The notes: generated by a model not told the origin, from the sequence alone. 55,524 nucleotides of DNA from Candidatus Liptonbacteria bacterium (GCA_016204335.1 JACQKU010000021.1:1-55524), one strand, 5' to 3'; positions 19,057 to 27,592 are shown, numbered from the stretch's first letter. Translations and numbers: made by a program.

Positions 19057-19434
19057 TTAGGAAAATAGCTTATCTATTTTCCGCTTGAGCGACCCGTCGA
19101 ACTGGGTTTCATCGTTGACGGTAATTTTTACTCCCGCCAACAGTTCCGGATTTATTTTTTCTTCAACGACATCGGTCTTTATGAGGAAATGTCCAAATTT
19201 TGTTTTAAGATTCGCTACTTCTCGCGCGGTTTCGATTGTCACGCTCCGCCGCCCTGTTTTCACCCTCAAAATTTTTTCCGTTTCCTCAAAAATTTTTTTA
19301 AGCTGATGCGTGTCGTTATTTTTTTCGATAACTTCAAAAAAATTTTTGACGAGACGGGTTTCTTCGGTCTTGTTCAAATCGCCGGCGGCGAGTTCGCCGA
19401 ATGCCTGCGCGTATAGTTTCGAAGGATATTTCAT
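19057..19434 (-). CDS. atpH: F1 ATP synthase delta (OSCP) subunit, short form (125 aa)
   Basis: YAQAFGELA at the N-terminus and LLAGVKITVNDETQFDGSLKRKIDKL at the C-terminus are delta-like. Lies between atpF and atpA. Confidence 0.75.
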   Translation of the reverse strand: MKYPSKLYAQAFGELAAGDLNKTEETRLVKNFFEVIEKNNDTHQLKKIFEETEKILRVKTGRRSVTIETAREVANLKTKFGHFLIKTDVVEEKINPELLAGVKITVNDETQFDGSLKRKIDKLFS

Positions 19435-19943
19435 GCTGTCTGTTTCGCGCTTTTTAATTCTCCAATCGCCTTTTTAATCAAAACTTCGTCGATTGTTTCC
19501 GGCGACAATTCCACGGTTTTCGCTATCGCTTCCCTGACGAGTCCGACCGCTTCTTTCCTGACAAGTTCCCGCGCTTCCTGATTTTTCGTCTCTATAATCA
19601 GCTCGGCGTTTTTCAGAATTGCGTTTTCTTTTTCTTTCGCCTGCGACAGAAGAGCCGATTCCAAAGTTTTCGCTTTTTGTTCGGTTTCCCTAAGCATTGC
19701 AAGGGCGTCCTGCTCGGCTTCCTTCAGTTTTTCTTTTTTAAGGAGATTCGCTTCACTGAGTCGGGTTTCGGCCTCTTCGGATTTTCTGACGCCGTCCTCG
19801 ATTTTTTCCTTTCGTTCTTTCAAAATTTTCAATACCGGCTTGTAGACCAGGAAAGTGAGAAGGGTGACGAGAATCAAAAAATTGACTGCTTGCGAAGTAA
19901 GCAGTCGCCAGTCGATGCCGAGTTGTTGGAAAAGTTCTTGCAT
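19431..19943 (-). CDS. atpF: Fo ATP synthase subunit b
   Basis: Single N-terminal TM (LTSQAVNFLILVTLLTFLVYKPV) followed by a long charged helix. Operon position fits. Confidence 0.8.
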   Translation of the reverse strand: MQELFQQLGIDWRLLTSQAVNFLILVTLLTFLVYKPVLKILKERKEKIEDGVRKSEEAETRLSEANLLKKEKLKEAEQDALAMLRETEQKAKTLESALLSQAKEKENAILKNAELIIETKNQEARELVRKEAVGLVREAIAKTVELSPETIDEVLIKKAIGELKSAKQTA

Positions 19944-20035
19944 AGAAGCGAAAAAGTGCGAATCAACCTGCGAATCAGTGCGAAATTTTTTCGCGTCATT
20001 TCGCCCAACTTTCGCGGTGATTCGCTTCTAGTTCG
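19944..20035. repeat. Intergenic gcgaa-word hairpin
   Basis: agcgaaaaagtgcgaatcaacctgcgaatcagtgcgaaatttttt pairs with cgcgtcatttcgcccaactttcgcggtgattcgcttc. Confidence 0.5.
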
Positions 20036-20505
<470 letters not shown>

Positions 20506-21243
20506 TTAGTGTGCCTCTTCATGCTCAGCAGTGGCTATAGCGGTGAAGACGAGCGATAGCATCGCGAAAATAAACGCCTGGATGAATCCCACGAATAATT
20601 CAAGAAAGAGAAACGGCAGAGGAATGACATACGGAATCAAAAACGCGGCAACCACAAGAAGCACTTCGCCGGCGAACACATTGCCGAACAGCCGGAACGA
20701 AAAAGAAACGATTTTTGCGAACTCGGAAACCAATTCGAGGGTTCCAATGAAAAAACCGACGGGGCTCTTGAAGTTGAAAAATTTGGAAAGATGCGCGCGC
20801 GCGCCTATGGCAAGAATACCCAGGATATTCGCGCAAATGACGGTTATGAGCGCGAGCGCGAGCGTGAAGTTGAGGTCGCTTGCCGGCGAGCGGAAGAGTG
20901 GAATAAACTCTTTGTGTTCTTGAAGGCCGATTGAACCGATGCCGGGCATCAGGCCGAGCCAGTTCGAAAACAGGATAAAAACAAAAATAGTCGCGACCAG
21001 CGGCAGATATTTTTCCGATTTTTTCCGCTCGCCGAGCACAGAGTCCATAAGGCGCAGGAGTTCCTCTATGACAAACTCGATTACATTTTGGAGCATGCCG
21101 GGAATAATCCTGATGCTTCTCCGCGAGAGAATCGCGATGGCCGCTATGATAACCGCAGCCGTCACGGAGAGAAGAAGCGTATTTGTGACTGAAAGACCTC
21201 CTAAACGGAAAATTTCTTCGGCTTTGAGAGAGATGTGTACCAT
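20506..21243 (-). CDS. atpB: Fo ATP synthase subunit a
   Basis: Multi-pass membrane protein with the conserved SFSFRLFGNVFAGE motif. First gene of the atp operon here. Confidence 0.9.
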   Translation of the reverse strand: MVHISLKAEEIFRLGGLSVTNTLLLSVTAAVIIAAIAILSRRSIRIIPGMLQNVIEFVIEELLRLMDSVLGERKKSEKYLPLVATIFVFILFSNWLGLMPGIGSIGLQEHKEFIPLFRSPASDLNFTLALALITVICANILGILAIGARAHLSKFFNFKSPVGFFIGTLELVSEFAKIVSFSFRLFGNVFAGEVLLVVAAFLIPYVIPLPFLFLELFVGFIQAFIFAMLSLVFTAIATAEHEEAH

Positions 21244-21315
21244 AATACTGGAATTATATGATAAAAAAAGAGGTAGAATCAACCCCGCAAAATGGAATTA
21301 TGAGCAGATATAAGC

Positions 21316-21356
21316 GAACGGCTCATTTCTTCCCATTTGAGCCGTTCAACGGCTCA
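21316..21356. promoter_or_regulatory. Three copies of a 9-10-mer (GAACGGCTCA) in alternating orientation upstream of atpB
   Basis: gaacggctca (21316-25), tgagccgttc (21338-47) and aacggctca (21348-56). The last two form the palindrome TGAGCCGTTcAACGGCTCA. Confidence 0.4.
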
Positions 21357-21425
21357 AATGATATTATATTTATAGATATCAGCAACTTTTCAGCTTAATG
21401 CTTAGCGAAATATAAATTTCGTTTG

Positions 21426-21455
21426 TCAGATGTTATGACATGTCATAACATCTGA
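21426..21455. promoter_or_regulatory. Perfect 30-bp palindrome upstream of the atp operon
   Basis: In tcagatgttatgacatgtcataacatctga, the first 15 nt are the exact reverse complement of the last 15. Confidence 0.6.
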
Positions 21456-21552
21456 TTTCGTTCATACTTTATTATTTCATTCACATTTTGCCTTTGTGCG
21501 CGTGAGAGAGATTCTCGCCGGGTAGGGCAAAGGCGGAGTAAAAAAGAAATTT

Positions 21553-21573
21553 CCGCTCAAGAGAGCGGTTTTT
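21553..21573 (+). terminator. Intrinsic-terminator-like hairpin plus T-run
   Basis: ccgctc-aaga-gagcgg followed by ttttt. A weaker T-rich tract on the other strand could make it bidirectional. Confidence 0.45.
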
Positions 21574-21585
21574 GAATTGCGAACG

Positions 21586-21760
21586 GAAAAAAATATGAGG
21601 GGCGGCGCGAGATGTGAATCCTCGCGCCACCGCCTTGCTACCCCGCCGAAGCGGTACTCATCACGCCTGGGCGGGTACTCTTCTGTTGGCTAGATCTGTG
21701 CCTGCGCGAACTGGCGTGCCTTCATGCGTAGTCACCCCCTCCCACTCGGCGGATTTACTA
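21586..21760 (-). ncRNA. Candidate ~175-nt GC-rich small RNA, bounded by a promoter and a terminator, family unknown
   Basis: On the - strand: TTGACA-N16-TATAGT (21794-21767), then a GC-rich segment, then the hairpin ggcggtggcgcgag...ctcgcgccgcc followed by ctcatattttttt. No convincing ORF. Confidence 0.4.
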
Positions 21761-21766
21761 CCTATC

Positions 21767-21794
21767 ACTATAAACCCTTCCCGATTTATGTCAA
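21767..21794 (-). promoter_or_regulatory. Sigma70-like promoter TTGACA-N16-TATAGT
   Basis: + strand shows actata at 21767-72 and tgtcaa at 21789-94, with a 16-nt spacer. Confidence 0.4.
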
Positions 21795-21877
21795 AAAAAT
21801 TTATCCACAATATGATTTTCCACCAAGCAAGAACTTTTCTTTTATGGAAACTGGCGCAACTTCGCCGGGCTTGGTTT

Positions 21878-21907
21878 CCTGCCACTATGCCGCGGCATAG
21901 TGGCAGG
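21878..21907. repeat. REP-like 30-bp perfect palindrome, family member 2, plus a ~100-nt conserved flank
   Basis: cctgccactatgccgcggcatagtggcagg. Flank aggagcgttggagcgagcggcggcgaaacatttt parallels 22591-22640. Confidence 0.75.
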
Positions 21908-22128
21908 AGCGTTGGAGCGAGCGGCGGCGAAACATTTTCCTGTCTGCAGCCTGCCTGTCGGCAGACATGGCTGGCAGGCGCCGGCGAAATGTTATCGCGG
22001 TTCACGAAAGGAAAATGTCCGAGAGAAATTTATCCGCAAGACAACCGCTGAAATTCAAAAAAAGAGTAAACCCTCGCATCAAAAATGAAGTATTAAACCA
22101 AACGCCGCGAACGACTGAACATGGGATT

Positions 22129-22165
22129 AAAAAAACAACTTCCCGCCTAGAGCTTCCTAGGCGGG
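22129..22165 (-). terminator. Intrinsic terminator on the - strand
   Basis: Stem cccgcctag-agcttc-ctaggcggg (22142-65). On the - strand it is followed by aagttgttttttt (A-run 22129-35 on +). Confidence 0.5.
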
Positions 22166-22401
22166 GTGAAACGGATGGACATCTGGCCCATCCCACTTCT
22201 TACGGCGGTTCTTCTCTGCACGGCCTTACGGGCCGCACCCCTTTTCCCGAGGCGGCTGCATATCTCGCTTCGAAGGGTCTCGCGGAGGAAAGGATCGTAG
22301 ATGTCGTATCGATCCAGCGTCCGGTTAACGGCATCTGGAAACTTTACCCCGCCGCGATAGAGAACTGCCGCGTACTCGGTCATACTTCTGATGTCTGCCA
22401 A
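22147..22401 (-). CDS. Possible small G+C-rich ORF (84 aa), TTG start with a strong SD
   Basis: gagaggagggtcaagcgTTG: GGAGG lies 8 nt upstream. The ORF ends inside the terminator hairpin. No family recognised, so it could be non-coding. Confidence 0.3.
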   Translation of the reverse strand: MADIRSMTEYAAVLYRGGVKFPDAVNRTLDRYDIYDPFLRETLRSEICSRLGKRGAARKAVQRRTAVRSGMGQMSIRFTPPRKL

Positions 22402-22563
22402 CGCTTGACCCTCCTCTCGAGTTTTGACATCGCGCTACTAATTCCTTTCTAATATATTTTTCGGAAAAAGTCAAACTAATTTCCAAAACATAGATTTTCT
22501 TTCTTATCCAAAAGCGGAGATTTCTCATTTGAGAGAAGCTATCGGAGTCCCGACGGGTTTGGT

Positions 22564-22597
22564 CTCCTACCACTATGCCGTGGCATAGTGGTAGGAG
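22564..22597. repeat. REP-like palindrome, family member 3
   Basis: ctcctaccactatgccgtggcatagtggtaggag, 34 bp with one central mismatch. Confidence 0.75.
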
Positions 22598-22726
22598 CGT
22601 CGGAGCGAGTAGTAGCGAAAAATTTCCCTGCCTGCCCTGCCCGCCGGCAGGCAAGCGCGTCCCGATCGCAGGAATCGGGACGACACCGGTTCTATCAAAT
22701 GAGAAATTGTAGCCCGTAGCCCCAAG

Positions 22727-22800
22727 GAGAATCTCCGCCAGAGGCGCCTGCCCATCCGAAGTCGGACGCAGGCGGGGATCCGCCTTTGGCGGAGAACTCC
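22727..22800. mobile_element. GC nested-hairpin core element, inverted copy of 8401-8466
   Basis: Reverse complement matches ggcggatccccgcctgcgtccgacttcgga(c/t)gggcaggcgcctctggcggaga. Flanked by ttgtagccc/gtagcccca (22707-24) and ttgtagcccca (22836-46). Confidence 0.7.
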
Positions 22801-22838
22801 TAATTTTATTTACGCCGCGTGCCCCCACACCAAAGTTG

Positions 22839-22910
22839 TAGCCCCACGGGGAGTCGAACCCCGGTTACCGGCTTGAAAAGCCGATGTCCTAACCGCTAGA
22901 CGATAGGGCC
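22839..22910 (-). tRNA. tRNA-Glu (anticodon UUC)
   Basis: Reverse complement is GGCCCTATCGTCTAGCGGTTAGGACATCGGCTTTTCAAGCCGGTAACCGGGGTTCGACTCCCCGTGGGGCTA. Hand-folded cloverleaf has G-U pairs at 1-72 and 6-67. Confidence 0.85.
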
Positions 22911-22927
22911 ATGTTGTTTTGGTGTGT

Positions 22928-22969
22928 GGGTGAAAAAGGGCGTCGTCCTGACCATTAGACGATGAGGCC
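22928..22969 (-). pseudogene. 5'-half fragment of a tRNA-Glu-like gene
   Basis: Reverse complement is GGCCTCATCGTCTAATGGTCAGGACGACGCCCTTTTTCACCC. It has an acceptor 5' strand, D-arm and half an anticodon arm, but no 3' partner or T-arm. Confidence 0.6.
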
Positions 22970-23183
22970 TCTACTACGCTCCGATTTACATCGGAGCTTC
23001 AAAGAGCAAGTAATAACGATTATTTAACTACTTGTCCTTCCGAAGCCCTGAAGCAAACCAATGGCGAAGGAGGAGACGATGAGGCCGAGGTAGGTATGGT
23101 ATAATCAAATCTGGTTTTTTTCAAGCGATTAGTTTGCGGTAAAAGGTCGTTAGTCGTAAGTTGTCAGTCATCAGTCAATTATT

Positions 23184-23588
23184 ATGTTTGATTTTTCTTT
23201 TTATTACGGCGATTGGGCGCTGGCGTTGCTCCGAATAATTTTGGGCATCCTGCTTGTCGTCCACGGTTTGCCTAAATTAAAAGACCTCAAAGCAACCTCG
23301 GCGGGTTTCGATTCCATGGGATTCAAGCCCGGCGCGTTTTGGGGGCCGCTGGTCGCGTTCGCTGAATTTTTCGGCGGACTCGCGCTTGTTCTCGGAATCG
23401 GGACGGAATTTGCCGCGGCGGTGTTCGTCATTCAATTCGCCGTCATCACAATCTGGAAAATAATCAGTCGCCAGCCGTTTGCCGGAGGATTCGAGATTGA
23501 CCTTTTGATTTTGGGAGCGGCCGCGATTCTTTTGACCCAAGGCGCCGGAGTGTTTTCAGTCGATAAGTTTTTCTACGGCGGATTTTAG
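23184..23588 (+). CDS. DoxX-family membrane protein
   Basis: Four TM segments and LLRIILGILLVVHGLPKL...FAEFFGGLALVLG, typical of DoxX. Confidence 0.8.
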   Translation: MFDFSFYYGDWALALLRIILGILLVVHGLPKLKDLKATSAGFDSMGFKPGAFWGPLVAFAEFFGGLALVLGIGTEFAAAVFVIQFAVITIWKIISRQPFAGGFEIDLLILGAAAILLTQGAGVFSVDKFFYGGF

Positions 23589-23638
23589 AAGCGAGTATTC
23601 GCAAAACTTCGCGAAAACATTCGCGGTGATTCGCTTCT

Positions 23639-25333
23639 ATGTCTATGCACAGATTTTTTGAAATTCTTCCGGGGACGCTGGCGTGGCTCACGCTTATTTT
23701 GATAGTTATTTTTTCCCGGTGGTTGCCGGTTTTTACTTCTGTTTTTATCATTCTTTTCGATATCTACTGGCTTTTGAAAACGGTTTATCTTTCTCTTCAT
23801 CTCCGCTCTACATTCTCGGCGATGAAAAAGAATCTCAAAGTGAACTGGCTTTCGAAGCTTGAAGAACTTGAAAATAATGCGAATGTTACGAATAACGGCA
23901 CGAATGCAACGAATAAAATTCGTAGCATTCGCACTCCATTCGTAGATTCGAATTATGGTATGTCTTGGAGAGACATATATCACCTTGTGATACTTCCTAT
24001 GTATCGCGAGCCGTATGAAGTCGTGCGGGAAAGTTTTGAAAGTTTGGTCAACGCGAATTATCCGAAAGAAAAATTTATCGTAGTTCTCGCAACGGAAGAG
24101 CGCGGGGGCAGGGCCGCGGAGGAAACCGCGCGAAAAATCGAGCGGGAATTCGGTTCGCAATTTTTCAAATTTTTGCTTACGAAGCATCCCTGGGATATTT
24201 CGGGTGAAATTCCCGGCAAGGGCTCGAACGAAACGTGGGCGGCCAAAGAGGCGAAGCGGTTAATCATAGATCCCTTGCTTGAAGCCCAGTCAAAGTCCGT
24301 GCCGGAATTAACATTAGAAGCGAAACTTTGCGAAAATCAGGCGAAACAACGCGAAAACTTTCGCAAGGATTCGCGCATGGATTCGCATAGTTTCGCATAC
24401 GGAAACGTCTTAGTTTCCGTTTTCGACATCGACACCCAGATTTTTCCCGAATATTTCGGCCGGCTGACATACGTATTTTTGAACGCGCCAAACCGGCTCC
24501 GCGCCATTTATCAGCCGATTCCTCTTTTTACGAACAACATTTACAAGGCTCCCGCGCTCGCGCGCGTCATTGCGTTTTCAAGCACATTCTGGCAGATGAT
24601 GCAGCAGGCGCGGGCCGAACGGCTCACTTCTTTTTCTTCGCAGTCGCTGCCATTCCCCGTATTGCTCGACATCGGCTTTTGGCACACCGATGTCGTTTCC
24701 GAGGATTCAAGAATTTTCTGGCAGGGGTATCTCCGGTATCACGGCGATTTCCGCGTTGAGCCGCTTCTGTATCCGGTTTCGATGGACGCGAATGTCGCTC
24801 CGGGGTTTTGGGAAACGATGAAAAATAACTATCGCCAGCACCGGCGCTGGGCATGGGGCTGTGAAAATATTCCCTATATGCTCGATGGATTCCGGAAAGA
24901 CCCGCTCATACCAAAAATAAAAAAGTGGTACTGGTCGTTCAACGCCATCGAGGGATTTCATTCCTGGGCGACCAATGCGCTGATGATTTTCGCTTTGGGC
25001 TGGTTGCCGGTGCTTCTCGGCGGCAAACACTTTAACGCTTCGCTCCTTTCTTACAGCTTGCCGCAGATTACAAAATTCATAATCCAGCTTTCGATGCTCG
25101 GCGTCGCGAGCTCGGCAATCGTCAGCATTCTTCTTTTGCCGCCACGGCCGAAATGGTTCCGCTGGCATCATTACTTTCTCTATTTTTTACAGTGGATTTT
25201 TATTCCGGCGACGCTCATCGTTTTCGGCGCGTTTCCCGCGCTTGAGGCGCAGACGCGGCTCGCGCTCGGCGGTAAATGGCGTTTGGGATTTTGGCCTACT
25301 CCTAAGAGTAGGAGCGAAATTATGCGAAAATAA
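23639..25333 (+). CDS. Membrane-embedded family-2 glycosyltransferase (processive type)
   Basis: N- and C-terminal TM bundles. PMYREPYEVV...NYPKEKFIVVLATEE, FDIDTQ and RQHRRW (QxxRW-like). Two repeat-word inserts (NANVTNNGTNATNKIRSIR, CENQAKQRENFRKDSRMDSH). Confidence 0.8.
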   Translation: MSMHRFFEILPGTLAWLTLILIVIFSRWLPVFTSVFIILFDIYWLLKTVYLSLHLRSTFSAMKKNLKVNWLSKLEELENNANVTNNGTNATNKIRSIRTPFVDSNYGMSWRDIYHLVILPMYREPYEVVRESFESLVNANYPKEKFIVVLATEERGGRAAEETARKIEREFGSQFFKFLLTKHPWDISGEIPGKGSNETWAAKEAKRLIIDPLLEAQSKSVPELTLEAKLCENQAKQRENFRKDSRMDSHSFAYGNVLVSVFDIDTQIFPEYFGRLTYVFLNAPNRLRAIYQPIPLFTNNIYKAPALARVIAFSSTFWQMMQQARAERLTSFSSQSLPFPVLLDIGFWHTDVVSEDSRIFWQGYLRYHGDFRVEPLLYPVSMDANVAPGFWETMKNNYRQHRRWAWGCENIPYMLDGFRKDPLIPKIKKWYWSFNAIEGFHSWATNALMIFALGWLPVLLGGKHFNASLLSYSLPQITKFIIQLSMLGVASSAIVSILLLPPRPKWFRWHHYFLYFLQWIFIPATLIVFGAFPALEAQTRLALGGKWRLGFWPTPKSRSEIMRK

Positions 25334-25388
25334 ATTTATGCGAAACAGTGCGAAAATATAGAGGCGAATCAATTGCGAAATAGAAAAA

Positions 25389-25814
25389 ATGCGAAATAAC
25401 GCGAAAATTACAAATCAAGACCTGCTTTATCCCGAATTAAGTTACGAGGCGACAGGAGCTATTTTTGAAGTTTGGAAAAAGCTCAGTCCTGCATTTAAAG
25501 AGAGCGCGTATCAAAAAGCGCTCGCGGAAGAATTCAAATCTCGAAACATTCCATTCGAAAGCCAAAAAGCAATCCCGATTTACTATAATGACAAAAAAGT
25601 TGGCAGTTATGTTCCGGATTTTTTGCTTGACGGCAAAATCCTCATCGAAATCAAACATCTTCCTCGTTTGACTTTTAAAGAAAACAAGCAAGTGTGGTAT
25701 TATTTGAAAGGTACGGAATACAAACTTTTGCTTTTGGTCAATTTTGGAGGGAACAATATTGAAATTAAAAGGCGTATCTATGACAAGGCGCGTATTCAGA
25801 AAAATTCAAAATAA
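25389..25814 (+). CDS. GxxExxY-family protein (PD-(D/E)XK fold)
   Basis: ESAYQKALAEEFKSRNIPFESQKAIPIYYNDKKVGSYVPDFLLDGKILIEIK matches the family pattern. Confidence 0.8.
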   Translation: MRNNAKITNQDLLYPELSYEATGAIFEVWKKLSPAFKESAYQKALAEEFKSRNIPFESQKAIPIYYNDKKVGSYVPDFLLDGKILIEIKHLPRLTFKENKQVWYYLKGTEYKLLLLVNFGGNNIEIKRRIYDKARIQKNSK

Positions 25815-26673
25815 CTTTCGCAAACTTTCGCATACTATTTCGCGAGGTTTCGCTTCCTGCCGTCTTCGACGGCAGGGTTTCACCGTCATCGAACTCCTTA
25901 TTTTTTCCGCGATTTTTTCCATCATCGCCATATCGTTTTTCGGCGTGCTTGTTTCCGTCATCCAGATTCAGACGCGGCAGACCGCGGTTGTCGAGGTGAA
26001 TCAGCAAAGCCAGTTTCTTCTGGAAACAATCCAACGTTCCGTCGAACGTTCGAGTTTGGTCGAGTTGCCGCCGGATGCCGCCACGACTACTCTCAAATTG
26101 CGGATGGCTTCCTCGACTGTCGACCCGACGTACATTTATTTGAACGGCAACTCCGTTTATTACAAGGAGACCGACGGCGGCGCCGTCCAGCCGCTGACCT
26201 CCGATAAAGTAAATGTTTCGAATCTCGTTTTTACAAAGCGCGCGAATCCTCCCGGGCATGATTCTGTAAGCGTGGCATTCACAATCGCGTATAACACATC
26301 GAATATAAAACGGGCGTTTCTCCAGAATCTTCAGATTTCCGTTGCGCGGGTGAGCGCCGCGACATTTGATTCTAATGTGATTCCATCTGCAAACAGCACT
26401 TACAATCTCGGCGTTACTTCCCAGGCCTGGCAATCCGTGAACAATCTGATTTATTTCAGCGGTTCGAATGTCGGTATCGGCGTTTCAAGTCCGGGACAGA
26501 CGCTCGAAGTGAACGGCGGCGTGCGGCTGAATACCACAACGGTCAAACCGGCATGCGATTCCGCCCAACGAGGCACGTTCTGGGTTGTTGAATCCGGCTC
26601 CGGCGTCAAAGACAGCGTTCAAGTGTGCGTAAAAAACGCTTCTGATACATACATGTGGTCAGTTATTTATTAA
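25780..26673 (+). CDS. Prepilin-type N-terminal methylation-domain protein (type IV pilin-like)
   Basis: QGFTVIELLIFSAIFSIIAISFFGVLV matches the G/FTxIE prepilin motif. C-terminus has SNVGIGVSSPGQTLEVNGGVRLN, the motif repeated in the 1374-aa protein. Start uncertain (25744 or 25780) with an unusually long leader. Confidence 0.75.
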   Translation: MTRRVFRKIQNNFRKLSHTISRGFASCRLRRQGFTVIELLIFSAIFSIIAISFFGVLVSVIQIQTRQTAVVEVNQQSQFLLETIQRSVERSSLVELPPDAATTTLKLRMASSTVDPTYIYLNGNSVYYKETDGGAVQPLTSDKVNVSNLVFTKRANPPGHDSVSVAFTIAYNTSNIKRAFLQNLQISVARVSAATFDSNVIPSANSTYNLGVTSQAWQSVNNLIYFSGSNVGIGVSSPGQTLEVNGGVRLNTTTVKPACDSAQRGTFWVVESGSGVKDSVQVCVKNASDTYMWSVIY

Positions 26674-26845
26674 TTCTTCCTGTGGATAACGGAGCATTTT
26701 GCTTATTAAGAGAAATGGTTGTAGAATAAGCAGTGTCATCGAATAACAGCAGTATCACCGAATAACGAATCTGATTACACGATTACGAATGAACGAATAT
26801 TCGTAAATTAGAAACAAAATTCGCTATTCGTTGATGACATAATCT

Positions 26846-27418
26846 ATGGCAGGAAACAAAAATTGGAAAATTATAATCGCGGTCATTGCGGCCGTGCTGC
26901 TCGTTTTAGCCGGTTGGTGGTTGTATAAAAAACAAGGTGTTTCGCCGTCGGGTTCTTCGGACGGCGCAGGCGCTCTTGACAGCGCGGGCGGCGCAGGGGA
27001 CACAACCGTTCCTTCCCAATCCGCCACTCGCCTGCCCGCGTCATCTGGAATTTCCGTGCCCAATGCGACATCTTCAAACGTGCCAGCGAACGTCGCCAAA
27101 CCCAGTATTGTGACTTCGGCCGCGCCGAACAGCTCCGCGAGCTTCCGGAAATTTTCCATAAGCGCCGGCGGCGGCCAATTTATTCCGAATACGGTGATTG
27201 TAAATATCGGCGATACGGTTCATCTCGATATCACAGCGGTTGACGCGGGATACGACTTCACGCAGCCGGATTACGGATTTAACATAATTCTTCCCAAAGG
27301 GCAGGCGAAGGTGGTTGAGTTCCAGGCAACCGCCGAAGGCAAATACACTTTCTTCTGCAAAGCGTGCGGAGGCCCCGCGAAAGGGCCGGTCGGGTATGTC
27401 GTTGTTGCCCCGAAGTAA
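26846..27418 (+). CDS. Membrane-anchored protein with a possible cupredoxin-like beta-sandwich domain
   Basis: TM anchor and Ser/Ala-rich linker, then FIPNTVIVNIGDTVHLDITAVD...KVVEFQATAEGKYTFFCKACGG resembles Cupredoxin_1-type domains. Canonical Cu ligands are not evident. Confidence 0.4.
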   Translation: MAGNKNWKIIIAVIAAVLLVLAGWWLYKKQGVSPSGSSDGAGALDSAGGAGDTTVPSQSATRLPASSGISVPNATSSNVPANVAKPSIVTSAAPNSSASFRKFSISAGGGQFIPNTVIVNIGDTVHLDITAVDAGYDFTQPDYGFNIILPKGQAKVVEFQATAEGKYTFFCKACGGPAKGPVGYVVVAPK

Positions 27419-27592
27419 GAATTTAGTTATTAGAAACTAGAAACTAGAAACTAGTAATAGAAAATGGAGAATATTATAAAGTAGTCGCTCTTCCAATTTC
27501 CAGCTTCAAATTTCCATTACCATTTTCCAATTTCCAAAAACTATTTTCAGTTTTTATTTTGTGTTTAAGATTTAGAATTTAATAAAAATAAT

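Noticed and set aside
21586-21800. RNase P RNA identity for the sRNA candidate
   Set aside because: A CCAACAGAAGAGUACCCGCC stretch resembles the J11/12-P12 region of type A RNase P. However, the P4 strands are absent and the promoter-to-terminator span (~175 nt) is far too short.
21790-22510. Replication origin inferred from DnaA boxes (TTATCCACA at ~21801; near matches TTATCCGCA at ~22030 and TTATCCAAA at ~22502; TGTGGATAA at ~26682)
   Set aside because: There is only one perfect box in the region and no clustered array. I could not delimit an adjacent AT-rich unwinding element, and no dnaA or dnaN is nearby. Single 9-mers are expected by chance at this scale.
21614-22828. ORFs of 145, 114, 161 and 167 aa in the atpB to tRNA-Glu gap
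   Set aside because: They translate palindromic or REP-like repeats (TMPRHSG, PPKADPRLRPTSDGQAPLAE), overlap one another on both strands, and lack start signals. Only the 84-aa ORF with an SD and a terminator was kept, at low confidence.
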